Sequence record: NC_061441.1 | Length of the DNA stretch: 64,000 bases | Direction: 5' to 3' (one strand) | In this document: in pieces, positions 47,013 to 56,514 of the stretch | How positions within the stretch are numbered: position 1 is the stretch's first letter | Layout of the letters: each line of letters opens with the position of its first letter | Translations under genes and position numbers: made by a program | Notes under the pieces: model-generated | Told to the model about the DNA's origin: nothing | What the model saw: the letters and a program-made list of their open reading frames with translations, nothing else | The model's database searches: none

Positions 47013-47564
47013 ATGAAAAGCTACGGTTACTTCTACATGTTGAACCATATCGCAATGGCCGTAGACGCACCCAACAAGGAAGTTGGGTTTAAATCAATGG
47101 TTGAACTGGATATGTTTAATCGCGCGTCTATTTTCACTCGACCTGATGCAGAGCCTCGTGCCGCGCAACTCGTCAAAGACCTGACTGCTGCTATCTACCC
47201 TGTCGGTGACTGTCACCCGACCGTAGAGCAACGCATGATGCTGGTGCAAGCGCTGCATGACCAAGAGCTGGAAAAGATTCTTGGTTCGATTCGTTTCTTC
47301 GTGCCGTTCGCATACACGAAAGAAGAACTGTGCGACACGTTCGGCTTCTTCGACAACGGTGATACGTTGAGCATTCCGTATTTTCTGCGTCACCACTTCA
47401 TGGACGACCAAGCAGTCTTCTATGACGGCAAGCTGACCAGCTTCGCGTATTCGTGTACGCACGGCGAAGTGTCGCAGACTGCCCGACAGTATGGCCTGTT
47501 CCCTGCATACGCTTACGGTAAGAACGACATACCTGAGCAATTCAAACATCTGCCTCTATTCTAG
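47013..47564 (+). CDS. Hypothetical protein
   Basis: AAGGA RBS, 183 aa. Confidence 0.75.
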   Translation: MKSYGYFYMLNHIAMAVDAPNKEVGFKSMVELDMFNRASIFTRPDAEPRAAQLVKDLTAAIYPVGDCHPTVEQRMMLVQALHDQELEKILGSIRFFVPFAYTKEELCDTFGFFDNGDTLSIPYFLRHHFMDDQAVFYDGKLTSFAYSCTHGEVSQTARQYGLFPAYAYGKNDIPEQFKHLPLF

Positions 47565-47572
47565 GAGACACT

Positions 47573-48037
47573 ATGGGAGTAGTTAAAGGCATAACCGCTA
47601 CCACGTTCCCTGCACGTGGGCGTGACGAGGGCCAGAAGATTGCTCTCAAGACTCGCTGGGGAATCTACCCAGCTGTTATCGTGCGTCAAGACAACGACAA
47701 TCCGTACAACGAGATTTGGAAGATCGATGCAAAGAATCTTCCTCGTCGTTACTTTACTGAGGTCGATGACCTGTTCGTGTCTCGCAAGTTCATTGAGAAC
47801 TATCCGAAGCTCTCGCCTATCTGCGAGAAAAGCGAGTACGAAGGCAAGTTCGTTGACGTTGTGTTTGACCATGACGTCCAGAACAAATGTGAAGGGATTG
47901 TCGTCACACATCGCAATGCTCTGCTGGTCATTCTGATAACGACAGGTCCGCATGAAGGTCGTTATGTCACAGGCAAAGAATGTCAGTACGCCGTGAAGCC
48001 GCGCACGGTTAAGGACCTGATCGATGAAAACGAATAA
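47573..48037 (+). CDS. Hypothetical protein, two beta-rich (SH3-like) halves
   Basis: EGQKIAL...AVIVRQD versus EGKFVDV...GIVVTH. Confidence 0.7.
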   Translation: MGVVKGITATTFPARGRDEGQKIALKTRWGIYPAVIVRQDNDNPYNEIWKIDAKNLPRRYFTEVDDLFVSRKFIENYPKLSPICEKSEYEGKFVDVVFDHDVQNKCEGIVVTHRNALLVILITTGPHEGRYVTGKECQYAVKPRTVKDLIDENE

Positions 48038-48305
48038 AGGTAATTTCCTTGAGCGCTTGAAGTCCGGCGAAACTTTTTACATGCACATTAGCGGTAAGAA
48101 GAAGGGCCAACCACGTCAAGGTGTTTCGTTAGGCCATGACGCTCGATACAAAGACCTGATGATGGCTATAGGTGGTGTGGCATTCACTCACGGGTATAAG
48201 AACGTTCAGGTATCATTTAGTCGCAACATCATGGCAGACGCTGATGGTGTTGTGGTGTTTCGTGTTAAACAATCAATCACTGTTAAAGAAGAAAGGACGT
48301 ACTAA
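48024..48305 (+). CDS. Hypothetical protein
   Basis: 93 aa. Confidence 0.7.
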   Translation: MKTNKGNFLERLKSGETFYMHISGKKKGQPRQGVSLGHDARYKDLMMAIGGVAFTHGYKNVQVSFSRNIMADADGVVVFRVKQSITVKEERTY

Positions 48306-48832
48306 TGCAATTCTTAATCAAGCCAGAAGATCGTTTCCCGAATTTCATCCCGCCTAAACGCGCTACAGCAAAAGCTGCGGGCTTCGACCTGTTCGCGCAG
48401 GAAGATATGATCATCACGGGCGACACCGTGCTGTTCGATCTGGGCTTCCGCACTAAAGTGCCAAAAGACCACGTTGCTATCATCTTCCCACGTAGCGGCC
48501 TGGGCGCTAAGTTCCAGGTGCAGTTGGCAAACACGAACGGTGTTATCGACGCAGACTACACTGGCATCTGGATGGCTGCTCTGCATCTCGGCGGTAAAGG
48601 TACGCAGGTGCAACAACTCGACTGGCTGAGTGCTGCATACGAGCAATCCAGCTTCACCGAAATCCCTGACATTGACGACGACGAAGATCAGAAAGCGTTG
48701 TTGATTAAACGCGGTGATGCGTTTGCACAGGTGTTGTTCTTCCCTGTGCCAGAAGTCGAAGTGGTTATCACGCACGAACCTCTGCCTGAAACAGATCGTG
48801 GTGACGGCGGCTTCGGTTCCACAACGAAGTGA
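48305..48832 (+). CDS. dut: Trimeric dUTPase
   Basis: AAGFDL, RSGLG, GVIDADYTG, AQVLF, RGDGGFGST (motifs I-V). Confidence 0.95.
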   Translation: MQFLIKPEDRFPNFIPPKRATAKAAGFDLFAQEDMIITGDTVLFDLGFRTKVPKDHVAIIFPRSGLGAKFQVQLANTNGVIDADYTGIWMAALHLGGKGTQVQQLDWLSAAYEQSSFTEIPDIDDDEDQKALLIKRGDAFAQVLFFPVPEVEVVITHEPLPETDRGDGGFGSTTK

Positions 48833-49044
48833 TTTACTTCTGGCTGATCTTCGCAGCGTACTACGTTGTCGGCATTGCCGTGTTTGTCCGTGACCTAAAA
48901 GAAACGTCCGACGATGTGATGCTGATGCGCCAGTTCAATGAAGAACTGAATCACATGACCAATCTTGAACTAGTTTGGGATGCGATAAAACTTTTGCTAT
49001 TCGTGGTGTTCATCCACATTCCTTGTTGGATTCTCCGCGTATAG
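48829..49044 (+). CDS. Small two-TM membrane protein
   Basis: Hydrophobic N- and C-terminal segments. Confidence 0.65.
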   Translation: MIYFWLIFAAYYVVGIAVFVRDLKETSDDVMLMRQFNEELNHMTNLELVWDAIKLLLFVVFIHIPCWILRV

Positions 49045-49102
49045 TGACGTTACTCACACGAGGAGCCTTACGTGGGCTCCTCATTATCGTAATATAAATG
49101 CT

Positions 49103-49417
49103 ATGGGAAAGAAAACTTATCTGCTGCCTCGCGAGCGCCCTAGCCCTCTGCCGAACTTACGTGCCTATCTCGCGTATCTCGCCCGGAAGCCTAACGCTAA
49201 CCGCGAAGTATTAGAAACGTATTGCAATCAGAGTCTGGCCCAAATGCGCCGTGAGCGGTTCTTTGTTGGTAAGCTCTTTGCCTATAAAGTGTATACGAAG
49301 TCGAACAAGCTCGCATACACGGTCGTATGGATTGACCCATACAACTATGACTGCCTTGTTCTGAATCACCAAAGGAGATGCGTAGAGTTTAAAAATTTAT
49401 ACGGCCTGCTTTTATAG
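49103..49417 (+). CDS. Basic hypothetical protein
   Basis: 104 aa. Confidence 0.6.
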   Translation: MGKKTYLLPRERPSPLPNLRAYLAYLARKPNANREVLETYCNQSLAQMRRERFFVGKLFAYKVYTKSNKLAYTVVWIDPYNYDCLVLNHQRRCVEFKNLYGLLL

Positions 49418-49454
49418 TTAGGTCCTAGCGCCTTCACACTAGGAGATTCTTCCA

Positions 49455-50135
49455 ATGATAACTGTTCTTAACAATCGTACCGACGAGGTAATGAAACGCC
49501 TAAACGTAGCAGTATGGGTTTGTGTTGCTTTCGCATTTGCTGTTTTAATCGCAGTGTTGAATACGCCCGCTAACGCCAGCATGTCTACAGGCCCTGACAA
49601 CGCCATTGATATGTCTTCAACCGTGTCACTCGATCCCTCCAATCGTGTGGCGACTAAATACAAGGAGATCGAAAAGGCAGTAGCAGTAAAAGACGAACGA
49701 AGGCCAAAACGCTATGTAACACGCGAGCGCCTCCGACAACTCTATGCGCACTTGCCCCATCCAACAGACCTTGGCAAGCAAATTGATTTGGCCGCAGAGA
49801 AGTACGGAGTAGACGCAAAACTCGTTCTCTCCATCTGCGTTTCCGAGTCGCATCTTCGTGCAAAGGTCAGAAACAAGTCTGGCGCAACTGGCTTATGTCA
49901 GATTATGCCAGACATGCACGGCCGTTCTGTTAAAGAACTTCTGGACTACCGAGTCAATGTTGATCAGGCAGCCCAAATCGTAGCGCTACTAAACAAGCAG
50001 TGTAAGGGGCGACGCGCTTGCGTCATTCAGGCTTACAACACTGGTTGGGGAGCATATTTAAAAGGTGTACGTTCACCACAATACTTAGCTAAAGTTCAGA
50101 CCGAGTATCGCCGCAAGCATACTCCTTCTTCCTAA
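49455..50135 (+). CDS. Lytic transglycosylase (SLT domain) with N-terminal membrane anchor
   Basis: AAEKYGVD..LVLSI..SES, GATGLCQIMP, AYNTG; TM segment near residues 16-35. Confidence 0.88.
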   Translation: MITVLNNRTDEVMKRLNVAVWVCVAFAFAVLIAVLNTPANASMSTGPDNAIDMSSTVSLDPSNRVATKYKEIEKAVAVKDERRPKRYVTRERLRQLYAHLPHPTDLGKQIDLAAEKYGVDAKLVLSICVSESHLRAKVRNKSGATGLCQIMPDMHGRSVKELLDYRVNVDQAAQIVALLNKQCKGRRACVIQAYNTGWGAYLKGVRSPQYLAKVQTEYRRKHTPSS

Positions 50136-50147
50136 GAGGATATAATA

Positions 50148-50798
50148 ATGAGCATCAATATCGCCGCGCTGTACAAAATGCAATTCCAGTTGTTGAAGCC
50201 GCTGTCTCCACGTCAAGAGTTTGCTCTCGTTGTGCTGCTCTCCGATGACCTGCGTGACGGTGATGTTAAAGCACTGGCAGAAGTAATCATCCGCGACTAC
50301 CCGCATGTAGGCCGTCTGTATGACGCGTTCGCTGCGGCTAATCAGTTTGAGAATGCGGTACCGTTCATCGTACCTGTGCTGAACTCCGAAGAAGTGACAG
50401 AAGAAATCTTCTGCATTCGTGACCACGCGCTTGTCGTTGCACCTGAACTGCGTGACCTTCTGAGTCAGGCTCTGGACCGTGTCGAACAGATGCGTGAAAG
50501 TCCTGATGAACTGCGTTTCTGCGAAGGCGCCAAGCCACTTCAACTTGGCTGGTTCATTGATTGTATGCTCGACGCATATAACTGCGGTGTGTTGCCTATG
50601 ATCGTGCGACCTACGAAAGACCAGCAAGCGATGCGTGATGACCGTCTGCTGTCTTTTGAAATGCTGCGTGATAGCAACATGTTCTCTGGAAGTCTTGACT
50701 TTACTAAGGCGCTACAGCCGAGCGAACGTGCTCGTGTTATCGCCCAGCAGTTGTTAGCACGTCTGCGCCATAACTCGCTGCGTGTGGTGACACAATAA
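50148..50798 (+). CDS. Hypothetical protein
   Basis: GAGGA RBS, 216 aa. Confidence 0.75.
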   Translation: MSINIAALYKMQFQLLKPLSPRQEFALVVLLSDDLRDGDVKALAEVIIRDYPHVGRLYDAFAAANQFENAVPFIVPVLNSEEVTEEIFCIRDHALVVAPELRDLLSQALDRVEQMRESPDELRFCEGAKPLQLGWFIDCMLDAYNCGVLPMIVRPTKDQQAMRDDRLLSFEMLRDSNMFSGSLDFTKALQPSERARVIAQQLLARLRHNSLRVVTQ

Positions 50799-50803
50799 AA
50801 CCC

Positions 50804-50834
50804 AACGGGAGACCTTAACTGGTTTCCCGTTTTT
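50804..50834 (+). terminator. Intrinsic terminator
   Basis: AACGGGAGACC-TTAACT-GGTTTCCCGTT-TTT. Confidence 0.8.
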
Positions 50835-50866
50835 CATTTCTGCGCAAATTTTTAAGGACTACCACA

Positions 50867-51808
50867 ATGACTAAAATGATCAACATGCCGTTCGCCACAT
50901 CTTCAATTCGTAGCTCTTTCTTCTCGGCCAAAGTTCGAGAACTCGATCTCCAGAACGTCTGGAGTCACGTTGTATCAAACAACAATCCACAATGGCACGG
51001 CGACCCGTTGCTGCACCACATGCACTATCATTCTACCGAGCACATGAAGCAAGTAACTGCTCTCGCTCTGTGGCTGCTGAACGAAGAAGCTGAACAGCCG
51101 TGGCAGTATGACTTGGGTGCGCTGCCGCTGGCTGTCGCGTGTATGTTCCACGATATGCACCACTCTCTTGGCCGCTTGAGCGATGCAGTCAACGTGCGTA
51201 ATGCACAAGACGCTTTCAAACAGTATGTGGCTGTGTGTGAAGACCAACGCATTATCGACCAGCAGGAAATCATTCTCGAACTGATAGGAGTTACGGAATT
51301 CCCGTACATGAAGAATCGTCAGCCGAAGAATCTGGTTGAGCGTTGCATTCGTGATGCGGATATTCTCTACGGTATGCAGGACGATGCGCTGGACGTTGTG
51401 ATGTTCGCACTACGCCGTGAGGTGAATCGTGCTGTGAACAAGCCAACACACTTCACGTCAGAACAATGGGCAGCAGGTCGTGTTGACTTCCTCATGTCTG
51501 TTGAGATGTATACGCCTACAGCAAACGCGATCATGGACTGGCTGTTGGCCCAAGACAACGATCACAATCATCAGTCTAAGATTGATAGCTGGATGCGGGA
51601 CAACATTATCTTCCGCGATACGTCAGCACACAAGCTCCAGGCCAATGACGTGTTGTTCATCGACACTGAGGCAGATAGTGCGCCGAAGCGCCGACTGATT
51701 GAGCGTGTTGAGTCAGTACACCCTTACATCAACTTCTATTTCCACGACGGCGAAGCTATCTCGCTGCGTGACGGCGAGAGCTGTGTCGTTTGCGAAAGAC
51801 GCAAATAA
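50867..51808 (+). CDS. HD-domain phosphohydrolase
   Basis: YHSTEH...ACMFHD..H...IRDAD; ~55-aa beta-rich C-terminal extension. Confidence 0.85.
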   Translation: MTKMINMPFATSSIRSSFFSAKVRELDLQNVWSHVVSNNNPQWHGDPLLHHMHYHSTEHMKQVTALALWLLNEEAEQPWQYDLGALPLAVACMFHDMHHSLGRLSDAVNVRNAQDAFKQYVAVCEDQRIIDQQEIILELIGVTEFPYMKNRQPKNLVERCIRDADILYGMQDDALDVVMFALRREVNRAVNKPTHFTSEQWAAGRVDFLMSVEMYTPTANAIMDWLLAQDNDHNHQSKIDSWMRDNIIFRDTSAHKLQANDVLFIDTEADSAPKRRLIERVESVHPYINFYFHDGEAISLRDGESCVVCERRK

Positions 51809-51852
51809 TAGGCTGAAATAGACGTATACGAACCACGTGCCTGTGATATAAT
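51801..51852 (+). promoter_or_regulatory. Early promoter cassette P7
   Basis: GCAAATAATAGGCTGAAATAG identical to 28933-28953; TG-A-TATAAT at 36 nt. Confidence 0.8.
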
Positions 51853-51884
51853 ACGCATAGGCACACATAATAGAGAGAACTCGA

Positions 51885-52589
51885 ATGAAATACTTGAAGC
51901 GCATTCATCCAGGTGTGGACGCAAGTCTGTTTGCGATTAACGGAATCGTAATACCGCTGGCTTTCTTCTACATGGGCGTCACCGTTCACGATCAGGAGCG
52001 CGGCGACAAAGAAATAAAAATCGGTGTGCGTATGAATCCACACGTACATACTGAGGCGCAATTACCTGGTGTGGATTACAGAACGTTTATTCCAGTGTTA
52101 GCCTGTGACCCATCTGATGATGAAGGCTTCCATACAGAGCTAGGTTACATTGACATTAAAAGTCGCTGTGTTGCCTTGCATCACCAGAAGCGAACGTATC
52201 TTGCGTATCTCGGTTCGTTGCCGGATGTTGCTGAGTCCGATATGCGTGACAAACGTTATGTATGTCCGATCGATATACGCCAAGTGCCATCACCAGTAAC
52301 CATGCCTCAACGTTTCCGCAACGTGCCACGCTATGGAGCAACGATTCGAACTGACTACCTACGTACTTCTGCACTCGATCAGATTGACGATGAAACGTGG
52401 GAAGCGCTACTCACCATTGACCACGCTAAAGGCACCACGTGGTCGCAGTTCTTAGACGCCGCAACGTCAGGGCGCTTCACGCCGCATGATGATCTGTCAG
52501 ATTGTCTGGAAAGTATCGACCAAGAATACATGCCTGAGCATATCTTCAAGCGTATTCGTATTGCTCAATTCGAGAAAAGAAGGAACTGA
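51885..52589 (+). CDS. Hypothetical protein
   Basis: 234 aa. Confidence 0.7.
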   Translation: MKYLKRIHPGVDASLFAINGIVIPLAFFYMGVTVHDQERGDKEIKIGVRMNPHVHTEAQLPGVDYRTFIPVLACDPSDDEGFHTELGYIDIKSRCVALHHQKRTYLAYLGSLPDVAESDMRDKRYVCPIDIRQVPSPVTMPQRFRNVPRYGATIRTDYLRTSALDQIDDETWEALLTIDHAKGTTWSQFLDAATSGRFTPHDDLSDCLESIDQEYMPEHIFKRIRIAQFEKRRN

Positions 52590-52591
52590 TC

Positions 52592-52822
52592 ATGATGCAC
52601 GATTTGTATAAGGTGAGTGCTATCCTGTTCTACACGCTAGGCGCTATGGCTTTCCTTGCACATATCGTAGGCTTCATGAAGAACTGGATGAAAATTCAGG
52701 AGATGCGCCAGAAGGCAAAAGCGAAAGCCGCTAAGGTGCGCTCTCCACTGCAAGACATTAAACGCCGTCTGCGTAAAGCAGAAGAACGCGCACGGCATCG
52801 CCCACGTAAACTGAGAGATTGA
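52592..52822 (+). CDS. Single-TM protein with basic tail
   Basis: AILFYTLGAMAFLAHIVGF then R/K-rich. Confidence 0.7.
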   Translation: MMHDLYKVSAILFYTLGAMAFLAHIVGFMKNWMKIQEMRQKAKAKAAKVRSPLQDIKRRLRKAEERARHRPRKLRD

Positions 52823-53133
52823 TTATGCCTACTATTAACCGCAACGATGATCTGGAAAAGAAAGTACAACGCGCCCTTGAAATCTGCTGGAATGAAACGG
52901 CAAAGAACAACGAAGGTCCAACTACCTACGCGTTCCTTGCTTCTTCGTTTGCTGCCGATGGAAAGAATTTGTTCGAAGGCGAGTTGAAGATGATCAACGT
53001 GATGCTGCGTGATGCAGTGAACATCAACATGTACGGTCGCCACGTTGCTACTGTGTACACAAGCAATAAAGGCTTCATGGTAGCATTCCAGCCTGTTGCT
53101 GACCTCGAAGATATTGTTGAACTGGAGTTATGA
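52819..53133 (+). CDS. Hypothetical protein
   Basis: 104 aa. Confidence 0.7.
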   Translation: MIMPTINRNDDLEKKVQRALEICWNETAKNNEGPTTYAFLASSFAADGKNLFEGELKMINVMLRDAVNINMYGRHVATVYTSNKGFMVAFQPVADLEDIVELEL

Positions 53134-53708
53134 TGGAACAGATTGATATGTTCGATACGCAGGGTGCGCATGAAATTTCTGAGTACGCAGAACTTGATCA
53201 AGACCGTTTGCATCCATCTGTGGTTACACGCAATGATCGCCGTGTGTTTGCTGCGTTTGGCGATCCTGTACTCAGTGAAGAATATCTCACTAAGTGGCCT
53301 AGTATGCGGCCAGGCAAATTGAAGTTTCGCAAGAAGCTGGTTATGGTCCAGGAGTTTGTGCTCGTCACGCACGACAAGCTCAAGGCGAGCCTGCTCAAGA
53401 AACAGGGCAACGTTCGACAGACAGGTAATATCGACCCGCAGTACCTGATCAATGTGTACAATCACACCGAGAAGGTAGCGTTGTTCATGCGTGACTTTGA
53501 AGACTTCATGGAACACTTCATGAATGCCGTTCACCTGTTTACGGTCGCAACTGTGTATGACGGTCGTCTGTTAATCTTTGCGGAGAACGGCGCTCCTGTT
53601 ATTACCTCAGAAGAAACGTTGGCGATGCTCACCGAAATCGAGCACTTCATCAACCGTAGTAAAGTGTATCGCGTACATTCACAAAACGCCATCTACCGTA
53701 CAATCTAA
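53130..53708 (+). CDS. Hypothetical protein
   Basis: 192 aa. Confidence 0.75.
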   Translation: MMEQIDMFDTQGAHEISEYAELDQDRLHPSVVTRNDRRVFAAFGDPVLSEEYLTKWPSMRPGKLKFRKKLVMVQEFVLVTHDKLKASLLKKQGNVRQTGNIDPQYLINVYNHTEKVALFMRDFEDFMEHFMNAVHLFTVATVYDGRLLIFAENGAPVITSEETLAMLTEIEHFINRSKVYRVHSQNAIYRTI

Positions 53709-53744
53709 CCTGAGCGCTTACGGGCGCTCTACTGGAGAAACATT

Positions 53745-55181
53745 ATGTCATTCGATCTTCGTCAAAACTTACTGCTTGTTCGTGACGCTGCCTTGACAGG
53801 TAAGCCGCTGTTTTATTTCTACAACGCCATGGGGCGTGAGATGGTTCTCACTGGCGATGTGCTGCGTGAAATCATTGATCGTCAGAAAGAAGGTACGCTC
53901 TGCACTAACACTTACTGGGGTTTCGCTTCTGACCCTACGCTGGAAGTTTGGTCGTTCGATGATAACAATGACCTAATGCTTCACCATCACGTAGGCAAGT
54001 CCTGCAAAACGTTCCTGCCTTATGAGATGATTGAGAGTGCGCATGAAGGCTTCAAGCCGATCAATGGTCTGTTCATTGAAGACAGTCTGCGCCGTATCAT
54101 CCGTATTCATCTCAAGGCAACGTGCCGTGAAGAACAAAAGATCACTTGGTTCGCCGATCTGCCTGAGCCTGAAATGCGTAGTATGTTGCTATCTCTCGGT
54201 GTTGGTCCTATGCGTGTATCGCGTGAAGACAAAGAAGGTCTGATCAAACTTCATGACCGCTGGCTCGAAGACTTCGACGACAAATACAAGTACACGCACA
54301 ACGCAATCGGCTTGGACGACAACGAAAAAATTCCTGCTGACTATCGCCCTGAACGCATTCGTGATCTTACGAAGCGTATGATGGCTAACGGTAAGACTCA
54401 GGAAATGATGGACCAAACTCTGAATGACCTGCTGCGTCAGTGTCGTATCAGAGGCGATATCCCACATCCTGGTCGTAACTTCAATCGCTACCAGTTGACA
54501 TGCTATTACGCAACGCATTTGATCTTTGCGCAAGATGCGAAAGAGAAAATGGTTGAACTGATTGATACTCCGCAATTCGTGGTCAACTTTATTTATGGTT
54601 GGTACCCGGACTACACATGGATTATGATCAACGAAGAAACGTTCGAGTACCAGCGGTCTCTGGTACGTGCCGCGCTGATCAGTTTGCAGAGTCATGTGCA
54701 AAATGAAGTTGGCGTATACAAGATCGATCATGGTATGGTTACGTTCGCAGATAACTTTGACCCACACGCAGACGAAGAACCAGAAGATGACGGTCGGGTG
54801 GATGACGAAGAAGACGAGATTGAAAATGAACCTGAGCAGGAACGTGTGCCGCGGCCACGTAAATTCCCGGTGATGTTGCATCATAACCGCATCGACCACG
54901 ATGTTATTCGTCGCTCTTTGGTTCAGATGAAGATCATTGCGAGCCAGAGCGCTCTCAATAAACTGTTTAAGAAAGACGGTTTGACCGTTGCCCAGCAACA
55001 CGCAGCATATCGTACAATGCTGAAAAATGTTGTTCTGGACCCAGCACGGGACGTACTGAGCAAGCTGTCTGATTCGTCTTTATGTGCGCTAGCCATGAGC
55101 CTGACTAAGCTGAAAGACGGTGATGGCTATCCTCGTGACAATGCGTACCTGAAAGAACTAATTAAACACGCGGTCAAGTGA
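53745..55181 (+). CDS. Large hypothetical protein with acidic linker
   Basis: 478 aa, GGAG RBS; VIRRSLVQMKII..SALNKL segment. Confidence 0.8.
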   Translation: MSFDLRQNLLLVRDAALTGKPLFYFYNAMGREMVLTGDVLREIIDRQKEGTLCTNTYWGFASDPTLEVWSFDDNNDLMLHHHVGKSCKTFLPYEMIESAHEGFKPINGLFIEDSLRRIIRIHLKATCREEQKITWFADLPEPEMRSMLLSLGVGPMRVSREDKEGLIKLHDRWLEDFDDKYKYTHNAIGLDDNEKIPADYRPERIRDLTKRMMANGKTQEMMDQTLNDLLRQCRIRGDIPHPGRNFNRYQLTCYYATHLIFAQDAKEKMVELIDTPQFVVNFIYGWYPDYTWIMINEETFEYQRSLVRAALISLQSHVQNEVGVYKIDHGMVTFADNFDPHADEEPEDDGRVDDEEDEIENEPEQERVPRPRKFPVMLHHNRIDHDVIRRSLVQMKIIASQSALNKLFKKDGLTVAQQHAAYRTMLKNVVLDPARDVLSKLSDSSLCALAMSLTKLKDGDGYPRDNAYLKELIKHAVK

Positions 55182-55215
55182 ATCGTAAACATACCTATCA
55201 TTGAAGGGAAACAAA

Positions 55216-55638
55216 ATGCAATTCGAACAAAACATTCTGGTAGTTAATCGTGTGGCTCTTATCATGGGCGATGACCTCGTAGCTAAATGGGGTGAGGCTG
55301 CAAACGCCAATCGTGATCAAGCTGCGTATGCGACCATCGTTATTCTGTCTCGTCTTCAACAAAAGGTTATTGCTGCCCTTGCTGCGGAAAACCCAGAAGC
55401 CTGTTGCCGTCCTGATTTGCTTTGGACCGACTACGGTTCAATCTCAACCTCAGGCCTGTTTGTCATTGCTTCCTCTGCGGACCGTGAAGTGTTGAATCAC
55501 TTCGAAGACCATGACTACCTGAATCATCTGCACACAATCAAACGTGTTGCTGAGGAGAATGGATTCACGTTAACCGTTACGCCAGTGAAGCACTTATTCC
55601 CATTCGCTAACACTGAAATTCCAGCTAACATGAAATGA
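55216..55638 (+). CDS. Hypothetical protein
   Basis: Track ORF 55201..55638; MQFEQ start after AAGGGA. Confidence 0.7.
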   Translation: MQFEQNILVVNRVALIMGDDLVAKWGEAANANRDQAAYATIVILSRLQQKVIAALAAENPEACCRPDLLWTDYGSISTSGLFVIASSADREVLNHFEDHDYLNHLHTIKRVAEENGFTLTVTPVKHLFPFANTEIPANMK

Positions 55639-55646
55639 GGTGACCT

Positions 55647-55946
55647 ATGCCACGCGAACAAATTCTGATGAATGACGTTGCTATCGTCCTGACCATGAGC
55701 GAACGTCGTGCGTTCTTGGGACCTAAAGCTGATGGCTTCGTGTACCTGCCGTCGAAAGAAGCTCTCACGAAGTTTGAGGCTCATATCAAACGTTATGGTA
55801 GTCGTGATGAGTATGCGTTCATTGAACACCGCGAACTGCACTCTTTGAACTCTGCTGGGATTGTGGCTATCGCTCACGCTGTCGAATCTGACTCCGAGCG
55901 CCCGTGGCTGTGGACGAAAGAAGACTTCCGCGTTAAGCTCTGGTAA
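55647..55946 (+). CDS. Hypothetical protein
   Basis: GAGGTG RBS. Confidence 0.75.
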   Translation: MPREQILMNDVAIVLTMSERRAFLGPKADGFVYLPSKEALTKFEAHIKRYGSRDEYAFIEHRELHSLNSAGIVAIAHAVESDSERPWLWTKEDFRVKLW

Positions 55947-55950
55947 GCAT

Positions 55951-55999
55951 AAAACTGGCTAAAATCGTGGTATCAATTTAAGCCCGACTGTGATATACT
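55951..55999 (+). promoter_or_regulatory. Early promoter cassette P8
   Basis: AAAACTGGCTAAAATCGTGG; TG-A-TATACT at 37 nt; hairpin 56001-56023. Confidence 0.8.
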
Positions 56000-56049
56000 A
56001 AAAGCGTAGCGATGCTGCGCTTTTTCACTTATGTCTGAGGAGACAACAA

Positions 56050-56514
56050 ATGATTGAAGAAATCAAACCCACCATGTCGGATATTGAATTGCAGGACCAG
56101 ATGATCGATGCGGCTGCCCAGAAGCTGATTGAACTGAAACCTGAATGGGTGGACGTTTGTGCGGCTGCACTTCGTTTATATCTGACCGTGTGTGAAGAAA
56201 TTGGCGGTCCTATTCCAGAACTGCGGTTCGTCCACAACTCCAAGCCATGCCGCCTTCAATTCAATTTGAAAGAGTCGGTGGAAGGTGCCGAGTTCGTGGC
56301 GAACGAAATCGACAAAGACAAGCAGATGGCTATTGTCGATGAGATGTTGAAAACTGCCGAAGCGTGTCCGAACGGCCACTCGATGTTGGACTTCGCTATT
56401 TGCTCTGGACGCCTGTTCATGATTGGTTATGATGGCCTTGCTGGTACGCTCGATAAGATTTGCTTCTGTGCCAACAAGAAAAACTATTCCATGACTCTGG
56501 TTAAAGGTGAATAA
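56050..56514 (+). CDS. Hypothetical protein
   Basis: CTGAGGAG RBS. Confidence 0.8.
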   Translation: MIEEIKPTMSDIELQDQMIDAAAQKLIELKPEWVDVCAAALRLYLTVCEEIGGPIPELRFVHNSKPCRLQFNLKESVEGAEFVANEIDKDKQMAIVDEMLKTAEACPNGHSMLDFAICSGRLFMIGYDGLAGTLDKICFCANKKNYSMTLVKGE

